Assembly: GCA_030704615.1 (NCBI GenBank)
Contig: CM060731.1
Span: 70,370,001 to 70,434,000, forward strand
Length of the DNA: 64,000 nt
Direction: 5' to 3'
DNA from: Takakia lepidozioides
Lineage: Eukaryota; Plantae; Bryophyta
Below the pieces are notes generated by a model. That model saw only the letters and a program-made list of their open reading frames with translations, was not told where the DNA came from and made no database searches. Shown here piece after piece: positions 1-9,717 of this stretch. The first letter of the stretch is position 1; each line of letters starts with the position of its first letter. Made by a program: the position numbers and the translations under genes.

Positions 1-341
1 AACCTGGGAACGGTTCTTAATGGCGGGAACGTTTTGGTGTTAAAAAAAAAAAAAAAAAAAAACTTTGATATAATTTAAATGATTTAGAGCCTGGTTGGTC
101 ATAACTTTGTCAAATGGACTCCGTTTGACTCAGTTTTTGGGTGGATAGCTGCAGAAAGGGGAAATCTACATATCTACATCTGATTTTTGTTTTGGGGACT
201 CTGCTAAAAATCTGTGGAATTTTTAGAGTGTGAGTGTGCTATAAAAGATCCACAATTCTGTGTCCAGAATCTGTTGTGGTCTACATGAGACATAAATCTG
301 TGGATGTACTCCTTGCATGGCTGGGGGAAATGAGGACGTAA

Positions 342-1070
342 TTGAAGGGAGGGCAGGTCTCTTCTCTTAGCCTGTGCACACAAGGGGACAGGATTTATGT
401 TTCCCAAGGAACTCAGACTGATTTGAGTGGAGAACAGTTGGACGAGTTGATTGCATACTGGGAGTCAGGCATTAGCAATAGACAACAGACTGCTGTAGTT
501 GGCATTGAGGGCCTCAATATCGCCTTGGACAGTCAGAACTCTGTTGGAGCCAGCAGTTCTGCAGCTGTAGGTGAAATACCAAAGTGGGTGAAAGCTAGGC
601 TTGGAACACAGCCAAAGACAGCCCCGGGGACCAAGGTGTTCAGCCACAAGGCCGTGGTGTACTGGAGCAGAGGAGTAGGAGCTGCACAAGTTTGTGCAAT
701 TAGACAGTGTTGCAGTCGGACACGCTCTGCACAAGGCAACCACGAGCGGGGGTTCATTAGCGAGGACAAGTTTGTTCTGTTTGAAGGCGATGCAGTCATT
801 CGCAATGAAGACACCCGCAACCGTCTCAAAGCTTTCGAGTTGAGAGACTATCAGACCCTACCTTTGTTTTCTTTAGTGTTCAGTGAGCGGGAGATAGCAG
901 AGTGTTGCTTTGTCTCTACCTGGCAGAAAGAGGAGGAGGGTTGGTTAGAGCGAGCTACTGTAGCTTGGGACAAGGTTAGTGGCAGGTTTCTGGACATAGA
1001 TATACCTCCTACACCTTACCATCAAGCAGAGCGAGGCACTTTGAGAGAAGTCTGGAAGTTGATAGCATAG
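342..1070 (+). CDS. Uncharacterised ~240-aa ORF upstream of gag, probably part of the retrotransposon
   Basis: Long open frame on the same strand and in the same frame as gag, with globular-looking composition. It starts at TTG; an ATG at ~317 is out of frame, possibly by a 1-bp indel. No recognised domain. Confidence 0.4.
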   Translation: MKGGQVSSLSLCTQGDRIYVSQGTQTDLSGEQLDELIAYWESGISNRQQTAVVGIEGLNIALDSQNSVGASSSAAVGEIPKWVKARLGTQPKTAPGTKVFSHKAVVYWSRGVGAAQVCAIRQCCSRTRSAQGNHERGFISEDKFVLFEGDAVIRNEDTRNRLKAFELRDYQTLPLFSLVFSEREIAECCFVSTWQKEEEGWLERATVAWDKVSGRFLDIDIPPTPYHQAERGTLREVWKLIA

Positions 1071-1592
1071 ATCAGGATTAGATCTTGCTTGGGCGGGCTT
1101 CTATTCTTCCCCTCCATCTCTGTACTATTTTCATTACCTTGTACTTGTAGTAGTTGCCAAAGCCTCTCTTGGTGGAGGCCAGTCAGTCCGGGGTTTTGGG
1201 CTGGGATATTCTGCAGGATCAGCGTTGCTGCTGGATTTTGGTGTGGGGGTGTTGATGCTTTGATTTCTTGTGTTTGGATCCCCCCCAACACCTGCATGCT
1301 TGACTGTGCGCCATGTTGGTTTTGTGTGGGCGCTTGCTTTCATAGGGATTAGGCCGGATTTGATCACCGGTCAATCCTAGAGTATGCTGTCGGTGGTGAG
1401 GCTGGAGTGATGACCAGCAAGACCACCAGTGTTTCTTCTATGGTGAGGCTGGGTTGATGACCAGCCAACCATAGGAGTTCTTGCGGTGGATGCAGGTGCA
1501 GGTGCCCTGAGCCATTGGGATATGACCCTTAAACTGCAACAGGTGCCCACCCGTGTCACTATTAGATTAGTACTAGAGCCTTATAGTGTCAC

Positions 1593-4290
1593 GTGGAGGA
1601 GGTGCACATTGTGAGTGTCATTACGGAGTTACCCAAGGGTTTTGAGGGGAGTACGGCTACAGGCAGTAACAGTGAGAGTGGGTTCACAAGACGAGGTATT
1701 CGGTTCAGACCACCTTCACCGCCACCCTCAATTACTGTAGAGTCAGACACAGACTCGGAGGCTTCATCAACAGGTGTGCACTTTCATTCGCCATTGTTGT
1801 GGGACGACATGGAGGAGATGTATGGAGCTACCAAGGGGCCTCGTAGGTACTCTGGAGCTGTGGGCACAATCGAGTTGGATGACTTTATCCAGGAGTTCGA
1901 CAGCTGGTGTGATTTGCAGCAGATGCGCAATCCACAGCTATTCACCCCATTCATGGCGTGGAAGGGACTGTTCCAGCATTTGGAAGGCCCGCCTATGGAC
2001 GATTACCACGAGTTCAGGCGAGGACATGAAGCAGAGATTGAGGAGTGGAGGATGTATTGGTCACCTGACTACGTCTCCATTACTCGAGGCACGACGCGAC
2101 CAGTAGCTGCATCAGTACCAATAGCTCCCACTGCCAGCACTAGTAGTGGAGCAGGTAGTGCTGGTACTTCTGCAGGTGGTACCAGTTCAAAATGTGCTAC
2201 TACTCCTCCTGCCACAACTACAACACATGTGCCTAGATTCAACCCGGTGGTGGAGTTCTTCCAGGAGTTGCGGAGGAATTACCAAGGTGTACGGACAGAG
2301 AAGCTGCGAAGTTTGCAAGACTTCCAGCGCAAACCCAGTGAGAGCCTGTGAGAGGCGTACACTCGTATGAGGCGCTTGATAAGTGTGACCCAAGGGGTTA
2401 CTGAAGCTCAGGCAATCCAGTTTTGGTATGGAATTCTGGACAAGGAGCTCAAGAGAAGGGTGCGAGATGCAACCCTGTTACAAGCAGCCCAACCCACATT
2501 AGCAGATGTGTTTCTGCTGGCTGAGCGGATTGAGCTCAACATGGTGGAGGAGCGAGTTGTTACAATTGGATTTGGCAAGGACATGCCTGTACGGGGCACA
2601 GCTGTCAGCCCACAGGCACAAGGGACTGCCCAACAGCGTGGTCAGGGGGGCAAGGTTGCCCAGCCCAAGTTCCATGGAGCTTACAGGGGACCTCAGGTGC
2701 AGAGGCCCGTGGCATCTTTTGCAGGCCAACAGCAACCAGGGGTGATATGTTGGACATGTGGAGGACCCCATGTCAAAAGAGATTGCCCAGAGAATGGCAG
2801 AAGGCCGGCACAAGCACAGCCTGCACAGTTGCAGTGTGGGCATTGTGGCAAGTATGGGCATGTAGATGCCCAGTGTTATGACTTGCATCCTGAGTTGCGC
2901 CCAGGCCAGTTCCAAGGGAACAATGGTGGCCGGGGGCGAGGTGGACCAGCCCAAAGAGGACGAGGTGGTCGGGCACGAGGTGCAGGCCAAGGGCAAGCTC
3001 CACATGGCCAAGGACGCGGAGGTCAGGGTGTTGACCAAGGCATGGCCAATCGGCTTCAGCAGCTAGAGCAGAGGCTCGCTGCCATGGCTATAGCTCAGGC
3101 GGTACCGGCTCCCAGGCGGGATGGTCCACCTCCTGCTCCTGAGGGAGGAGATATGGGAGGCATGGGATTCATGTGCGGAGCAGCACTACCACTAGAGCAG
3201 GTGGAGTCTGCTGCAGCCGTGACTCGAGGAGCAGCACGAGTTCCTGAGCCACGAGGTGCAGAGGTGGAGTTGGATCCACAACGTGGGGAGGCAAGCCGTC
3301 AGGCGAGGCTGCCTCAGTCATTCACCTTGGCGGAGACAGTGTCAACGCCATCCATGGCACCTAGTTCTCGCCCGACTGTTACCGAGGCGGAGGTTACTAT
3401 GCCATTGGGGAGAGCTACACGTGCAGCACTGACACCTGCTACCAAGGCTAGTGCAGCCGGTGTGTTATTGGGGGCAGCCACCTCTGTGTGTCAAGCCCCA
3501 CTGTTCTCGGCAACCATGATTGCGACGCCGGGGGTGAGACCAGCTGCAGTGTTCAGACTAGCAGCAACTCTCTGTGAGAGTGGGGAGGTCACTTCATCTT
3601 CTGCGGAGTTAGTGGAAGGTATAGTGGCAGAGGGATCCTCGGATTTGAGGGTCAAGACTGCCACGGCTGCGCCATGGCAAGTTGCAGCTGCCAGGTTGAC
3701 GGAGCTGCCAGCTAGGCCAGCCATTGAGCGCGCCATGGTGACACCTGGAGTTGTCTTGTTGGACAACCAAGGAGACATTTTCACTTTGAGTGGACCGGTA
3801 GGCAAGAAGTACCGGCCACTGCGGGTCTTGTTGGACTCAGGAGCTCAGCCACTGATGTTGGGCAGAGCTGCTATTGCAGGTTTGGGCCTCATGGAGGCGG
3901 ATATGGAGCCTTGTCCTTTCCAGATACAGACATCTCTGGGAGGATCAGAGCAGGCTCGCGGCATGACACGGCATCAGTTGGCTATTAGACTGCAGCCGGA
4001 TCATCCTGTAGATGGCTCAGTGATGCGAGCCAAGGCCATTGTGACAGACGCGGTCTCTTACGATGTCCTCGTTGGTGGGGCAGTGTTATACCCCATAGGC
4101 TTCACCCTGGATTTCTGGGAGGAGTCAGCATCCTACAGGCCTGGATGGCAGTCAGGGGATGGTCGCCGTGCACAGCTCCCCGTGACATTCATTGGGGGTA
4201 TTGCAGCTGCCCAGCGGGGCAAGATGCCAACACTAGCCGCCTTCACAGCTGCAGTTAGTTGGCCTGGAGAGTTGCTGGAAGGCAAGCCCA
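1593..4290 (+). pseudogene. gag: Gag (capsid-like region, two zinc knuckles, RGG tract) plus aspartic protease
   Basis: ORFs 1593-2351 and 2367-4475 are in one frame, split by TGA at 2349-2351 (ESL*EAYTRMRRL). Knuckles CWTCGGPHVKRDC (~2748) and CGHCGKYGHVDAQC (~2835). Protease motif VLLDSGA (Asp codon ~3834) and later DVLVG. Confidence 0.88.
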
Positions 4291-5794
4291 TGCAGAGGAT
4301 GTGCCACCTCCAGCAGAGCAGGATGACATGCATGGTACGGCGGAGTTGTCTGCCATGGTTGCTCACACTCCGTTGTGGGGTACGAACAAGGATTTGCAGC
4401 AAGCTGCTGATGGACGGGTGCAACAAGCTTGGGTGGAAGCTTTTTTATCGTCAGGAGAGGAGGAGAGTGCGGTGATTGCACCAGGGCCACCTCAGTTGTC
4501 GCCATTGGACACCACACCTCTTGTGTGGCAGCGGCCGGATGAAGGCATTTGCCTTCTGGACTTGTTTGGCGGGATCAGCACCGGATTGGCTGCTGTGCTA
4601 CAGGCAGGTGTGCGGGTAAGGCGTTACCTGTATGTGGAGAGGGATGAGACTGCACGACGCGTCTCACTGCGCCATGTGGCTCAGTTGGTACAGCAGTACC
4701 CTGACTTGTTGCCGGTGTCTGCAGTTCGTGGATATCAGCAGGCCTTGCCAGCAGACATTGCGTTGCTGGGGGCGCAGGATTTGGAGCGGGTTGGCTCCAT
4801 TGATCTGGTAGTGGCAGGTTGGCCCTGCCAAGGGCATTCATCAGCCGGGCATGGCAATGGATTGCGAGACTCGAGGACGGGTCTGTTTTGGGAGATGGTG
4901 CGGATTTTGCGCCACTTGCAGCTTCATCAGGCTGTATCTCCGGCATACATCTTGGAGAATGTGCCACTGATGGGTGATTCTCGGGCCAGGGTGATGGCCA
5001 GTGTGCATCAAGTCCGGTCGTGGCTTGGGTCAGCAGTGTTGCTGGATGCAGCTGCAGTGGGGTCACGGGCTCATCGTCCACGACTATGGTGGACTAACTT
5101 GATGCCACCCGCACTGCTCAAGCGTGCATTTGATGGGGTGCAGCGGCCAGCACACCTCACCGTGGATGGCATTTTGGACACAGGAAGGCAGTCTCAACGT
5201 GTGAGACACGATGACCGTTCGCCTTTGGCAGTGGTCAACAGGGTGGGTCAACCACGAGCAGCATTACCTACACTGCTCAGCTTCCCAGGATCCCATGCTT
5301 TTCGGGATGGTGGACCTGGCCTCCTGTGGGATGCTCAGTTGCAGCAGTTAGTGGAGCCTAATGCCGACGAGCGAGAGCGGGCTATGGGGTTTTCCACTGG
5401 GACCACGGCGGTGCCTTCTCTTTCTGAGGCATCACGTCGTCAGGTGTTGGGGCAAGCAATGGATCTCAATTGCTTGACCTGGATTGTCAGCTTGGCTATG
5501 GCTGAGCAACGTAGAGTGCGGAGTGCACTTCCCTTGACGGTCTCTCTGCCTACCGAGACGGTACAGGCAGCGAGTGGGGGCGAGCCGGTGAGGACCACGG
5601 GGTGTAGACATCCATGGCACATGTGGGAGGTGCTCGAGGTTCAGAGGGAGTTGGCAGCCAAGGCAGCTGTGATGGATGAGGTTGGGGATTCTTCTCGGGA
5701 TGAGGAGGTTCTCAATGATGAGATGATGGGGCAGGATGAGGCCTTGTCATTGACTGAGCAGGAAGGGAGTACTGCTCAAGAGGTTGCAGCATAG
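4259..5794 (+). CDS. C5 cytosine DNA methyltransferase domain (DNMT3-like) inside pol; core ~4547-5500
   Basis: Motifs in canonical order: I LDLFGGIS; II YVERD; III DIALL; IV DLVVAGWPCQGHS (catalytic Cys ~4826); V RTGLFWE; VI YILENV (~4955); VII DAAAV; VIII AHRPRLWWTN; IX ERERAMGF; X RRQVLGQAM. Confidence 0.93.
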   Translation: MAWRVAGRQAHAEDVPPPAEQDDMHGTAELSAMVAHTPLWGTNKDLQQAADGRVQQAWVEAFLSSGEEESAVIAPGPPQLSPLDTTPLVWQRPDEGICLLDLFGGISTGLAAVLQAGVRVRRYLYVERDETARRVSLRHVAQLVQQYPDLLPVSAVRGYQQALPADIALLGAQDLERVGSIDLVVAGWPCQGHSSAGHGNGLRDSRTGLFWEMVRILRHLQLHQAVSPAYILENVPLMGDSRARVMASVHQVRSWLGSAVLLDAAAVGSRAHRPRLWWTNLMPPALLKRAFDGVQRPAHLTVDGILDTGRQSQRVRHDDRSPLAVVNRVGQPRAALPTLLSFPGSHAFRDGGPGLLWDAQLQQLVEPNADERERAMGFSTGTTAVPSLSEASRRQVLGQAMDLNCLTWIVSLAMAEQRRVRSALPLTVSLPTETVQAASGGEPVRTTGCRHPWHMWEVLEVQRELAAKAAVMDEVGDSSRDEEVLNDEMMGQDEALSLTEQEGSTAQEVAA

Positions 5795-5863
5795 CAACCA
5801 CGGGACGCGTCCTCTACCTCTAAGCCCACTGGACTTAAGGTTGCAGTTACGGAGGACAATTAG

Positions 5864-8751
5864 GAGCCTGACATTGGACCCATTGTCACTGGAGGAGAGA
5901 GACGACGTATACGGCGGTTCCTGAGGGCTTACAGGAATTGCTTTGCCTTCAGTTTGAAGGACTTGGGAGCGCTGAAGGGTCAAGAGATCCGTATTGAGTT
6001 GGCCACTGACACGCCAATCTTTCGGAGACCCTATAGATACAGTGACATGGAGAGGTCTTTGATTCAGATGAGGACTCAAGATCTCTGGGAGGCAGTTTGG
6101 TGGAGCTCTCTGGTGGAGAGTATGCTTCAGCCACAGTGATGCCAGCTAAGAAGGATGTCTATGGCAATTGGACGGAGAGACGTATGTGCGGTGATTACCG
6201 GCCTGTAAATCGTCAGACCAAGTCCGATAGGTATGCCATGCCGACACCAGAGGAGATCTTTGATGCCATTGGGCATTCCAAGGTCTTTAGCACGTTGGAT
6301 TTACGATCCGGATATCACCAGTTGCCGATCAAGGAGGCGGATAAGCAAAAGACGGCATTCTGGGGGATCAATGAGCACGGGAAGGATTGCCTATACCAGT
6401 GGCGGTTCTTACCATTTGGGCTTAAAAACGCTCCCGCTGAGTTTCAAAGAGTCATGGACAGGATTCTAGCAGGGGTGGAGTTTGCTCGGTGCTACATAGA
6501 TGACATCATCATCTTTAGTGCTACGGTGGAGGAGCATGAGAGACACCTTCAGGGGGTATTTGAGCGCTTGAGGACGCACGGATTGAAGTTACATCCGGGC
6601 AAGTGTAAGTTTTTCCACAACCAGATTGAGTATCTGGGTCACATGATATATCCTGGAGGATTGGGGGTACAACAGACTAAGGTAGAGTCCATTGCACAGG
6701 TTCCACGCCCCACGGATGTGAGCCGAGTTCGAGCTTTCATGGGGTTAGCAAACTATTACAGACGGTTTGTTAAGGGATTTAGTGCCATTGCAAAGGCTCT
6801 AACCAAGCTGACCAAGGTGGACCAGGAGTGGCAGTGGGAAGATGAGCAAGAACAAGCTTTTCAAGAGCTCAAGGCGAGGTTGACCTCGGCGCCCATCTTG
6901 AGACGACCTATCAGGGGGCGTCCTTTTCAGCTGCATACAGATTGGAGCATGCTGGGGCTTGGAGCGGTGCTCACACAGGTGGATGATGAGGGAAGAGAGT
7001 TCGTAGTGGCTTATGCTAGCCGCTCGAACAATGCTGCAGAGTCTAAGTATAGCTCATATGAGGGAGAATGCTTAGCTGCAGTGTGGGCCGTGGCACACTT
7101 CAGGTGCTATCTATACGGCAATCTCTTCACCCTTGTCACGGATCACCAACCACTCAAGTGGTTGATGGAGTCAGACAAGCTTACGGGGAAGCTTGCACGG
7201 TGGGCACTCATCCTTCAAGAGTATGACTTTCAGGTGGTGCATCGACCGGGTTTGGTCAATCGCAATGCAGATGGGTTGAGTCGCAATCCATGCACGAGCC
7301 AGCAGGATGACACTGGAGCTCGGTGGCATGGTGAGACGGACGAGGAGATGGTGCCCGGATGGCATGCATCTGCATTTCTGTGTATCTTGGCAGCGGAAGG
7401 CCAGGTTGGACCTGCAACAGGGATGACTGTGGATCAAGTGTCTGAGGACCCTGAGGCCAGCAATGAGCAAGGTGGCACCAAAGATATACATGAGGATTCA
7501 GCTGTGTTGGACTATCTTCGCACTGAAGACACGGCAGCCACTGTGACTGCCAAGGAGAGGGATCGGATCCTACAACAAGCCAAGAGGTTCAAGTGGGAGG
7601 GGACACACCTGCTCCGAGTGTGGGAGGATGGTCAAGTGAGGATTGTGCCTCACCCAACACAGCGGGCACGGTTAGTGCGGCATGCCCACGAGGAGTTGGG
7701 GCATTTTGGGGTGCGACGCACCCATAGCCTACTGCAAGGGCAGTATTGGTGGCGTGGTATGCACACAAAGGTGCAACAATTTGTGGCTAGGTGCATGGTA
7801 TGTGACAGGGTGCGTGCTTCATTCAACGCCCCTACTCCACAATTGCACCCTCTTCCGATCATGGGATTGGGCTACGGGTGGAGTCTTGACTTCGCAGGGC
7901 CGTTGCCACTGACCATGCGCCACAACAAGTACGTGTTGGTGATGGTGGAGCACTTCTCCAAGTGGATTGAATTGGTTCCATTGCCTGATAAGGCTAGTGA
8001 GGGAGCTGCGTATGCATTCTTGGATTGTGTGCTTAGCCGATTCGGTGCTCCAGCTGAGGTACTCACGGACCAAGGGAGAGAGTTCTTGGGGGAGTTTCAG
8101 GCTTTGTGTGACAAGGCCTTGATAGACCACCGCACCACTTCTCGGGATCATCCTGAGGCCGATGGCTTGGCAGAGAGAGTTGTTCAGACAGTAAAGAGGG
8201 GTTTGCGCAAGTATGGCTTGCAGAAGGGACACCTAGGAGATTGGGACCTTCAGTTACCCTGGTTAGCCATGGGCTACAGGTTCAGCAAGCAAACATCACT
8301 TGCCTCCTTCTCACCATACTTTCTTCTCTTTGGCCGAGAGCCGGATTTGCCTACATCCATTCGCAGAGAAGCTGCTACAGTTCTTAACCTTGACGATCCG
8401 GACGTGTGGGCACGTGTATGTGAGCAGCGTGCAGAGTTGTTCAAGAGAGTCATGCCCATGGCTTTCGAGAACCTTGCCATTGCACAACACCGTGATACGT
8501 TGAGGTATGCTACCATACGTGGTGGGGGCTATCGTCCTGGGGTTCGGAGATTCAACCCTGGTGACTATGTCTATCTGCAGCAGACTACTCCTACGACCCT
8601 GGATGTGACTGCAGGACGTGTTATTTTGAGGGTTCGAGAGGTCTTGCCCTCAGGCGTCTTGGTCTTGGAGGGTCGGGATGGCATAACTTGGAAGGACCAT
8701 GTGCGTAATTGTGCGCCATGTCACCTTCCGAATGTCGATGGCAGGATTTGA
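5864..8751 (+). CDS. pol: Reverse transcriptase - RNase H - integrase (pol); N-terminus frameshifted near 6093
   Basis: RT: RMCGDYRPVN, LDLRSGYHQ, PFGLKNAP, YIDD (~6493). RNase H: LHTDWS, ECLA, TDHQPL, NADGLSR. Integrase: H-x4-H...C-x2-C (HEELGH...CMVC) and D-D-E (SLDF, TDQG, AER). Confidence 0.96.
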
Positions 8752-8929
8752 CCCAAACCTGGCAGTGGTATCTGCAGGTTTGAGGTGCATGTTGTATGGG
8801 TCTGCTAAAGGGGCAGCCACCATGCTGGTGTGTGATCGATGCTCTAGAGGTTGGCATATGGGGTGCTTGACTCCACCTCTTGAGATGGTTCCAGATGGGG
8901 ATTGGTTATGTCCACAATGCAGTGGATAG
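8750..8929 (+). CDS. PHD finger at the integrase C-terminus, separated by a 1-bp insertion
   Basis: C-x2-(Y for C)...MLVCDRCSRGWHMGCLTPPLEMVPDGDWLCPQC matches the C4HC3 PHD pattern. Removing one T from 'atttgacc' (~8746-8753) gives ...VDGRI-DPNLAVV in frame with integrase. Confidence 0.88.
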   Translation, partial: DPNLAVVSAGLRCMLYGSAKGAATMLVCDRCSRGWHMGCLTPPLEMVPDGDWLCPQCSG

Positions 8930-9173
8930 TGGGAGTGAAAACAACCATGGGAGGCTAACAAGCAACGCAAGGCCCAGATACAGGAGACCTTGAATACACG
9001 AAGTCCTGGCTCAAGTTCACAGATTGCAAGATGGCGACTAACGATGGGGCTACTCTTGCACCCGGCCTCTTGGTCTATAGAGTTTGAGTACGATAGGGAC
9101 AGTGATACAGGACTTAGTACGGCTATGGCTATTACGTCTTGTAGCTATCTGGAGGTAGAGGGACCTATCCACC

Positions 9174-9188
9174 AGCTAGGGGGGCGAT
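9174..9188 (+). promoter_or_regulatory. Polypurine tract (plus-strand primer)
   Basis: agctaggggggcgat lies immediately before the TG that starts the LTR. Confidence 0.65.
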
Positions 9189-9717
9189 TGTGGTAGACTA
9201 CTTTATTGTGCATATATGTGTGGTGTGGTTTGGACAGCGATGTAGTTGTGTAGCGATATGTATGCGCACGACAGCTGTCAAGTTAAATAAGCACAGTGTG
9301 AAAACAGCTAGCATAAAACTAGTTATTTGTATTTAACACTTGGATTTAGGTCAAGTGTTAAATCAGGTGTCAAGTTTAGTTTGACACCTGGTCCGTCTTA
9401 TCTTCACGAGAGCGGCAGTCGCGCAGCTCATCTCTCTCGAGTTGAGCCTGCGCGACCGAGCTCCTGCATGTGTTTAGGTTTTAGTGTGCTTATGTAGGGA
9501 TACAGGTTGTTGTGGGGTGGAGTCCCCATAGCTTGGGGTGCCCCTGGCTCGACTTCAGTTTCAATGAGTGATAGCGATGGATTTTATATTTCTTGTGTTG
9601 GGAGTGTATGTCCTTTCAAGCTTCATTATCATTGTGGTAAACTACTTTATTGTGCATATATGTGTGGTGTGGTTTGGACAGCGATGTAGTTGTGTAGCGA
9701 TATGTATGCGCACGACA
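9189..9717 (+). repeat. 3' LTR (529 bp) with an 85-bp direct repeat at both ends
   Basis: Starts TGTGG after the PPT and ends CGACA at the junction with the satellite. 9189-9273 and 9633-9717 differ at one base. Confidence 0.75.

Larger units (their letters stand above)
342..9717 (+). mobile_element. Ty3/Gypsy LTR retrotransposon encoding a C5 DNA methyltransferase and a PHD finger (5' LTR not in window; this copy disrupted)
   Basis: Domain order gag-PR-(DNMT)-RT-RH-INT is the Gypsy order. PPT at 9174-9188, then a TG...CA LTR at 9189-9717. Three in-frame stops and three 1-bp frameshifts. The left boundary is uncertain and probably lies upstream of base 1. Confidence 0.93.

Noticed and set aside
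43-62. Poly-A run as a retroposon tail or element boundary
   Set aside because: No TSD or associated element can be identified within the window.
4259-5794. The methyltransferase as a bacterial restriction-modification gene or contaminant, or as a host DNMT gene
   Set aside because: It lies between PR and RT, in the same frame as the RT N-terminus. There is no cognate endonuclease, no introns and no host regulatory domain, and the contig carries spliced plant genes.
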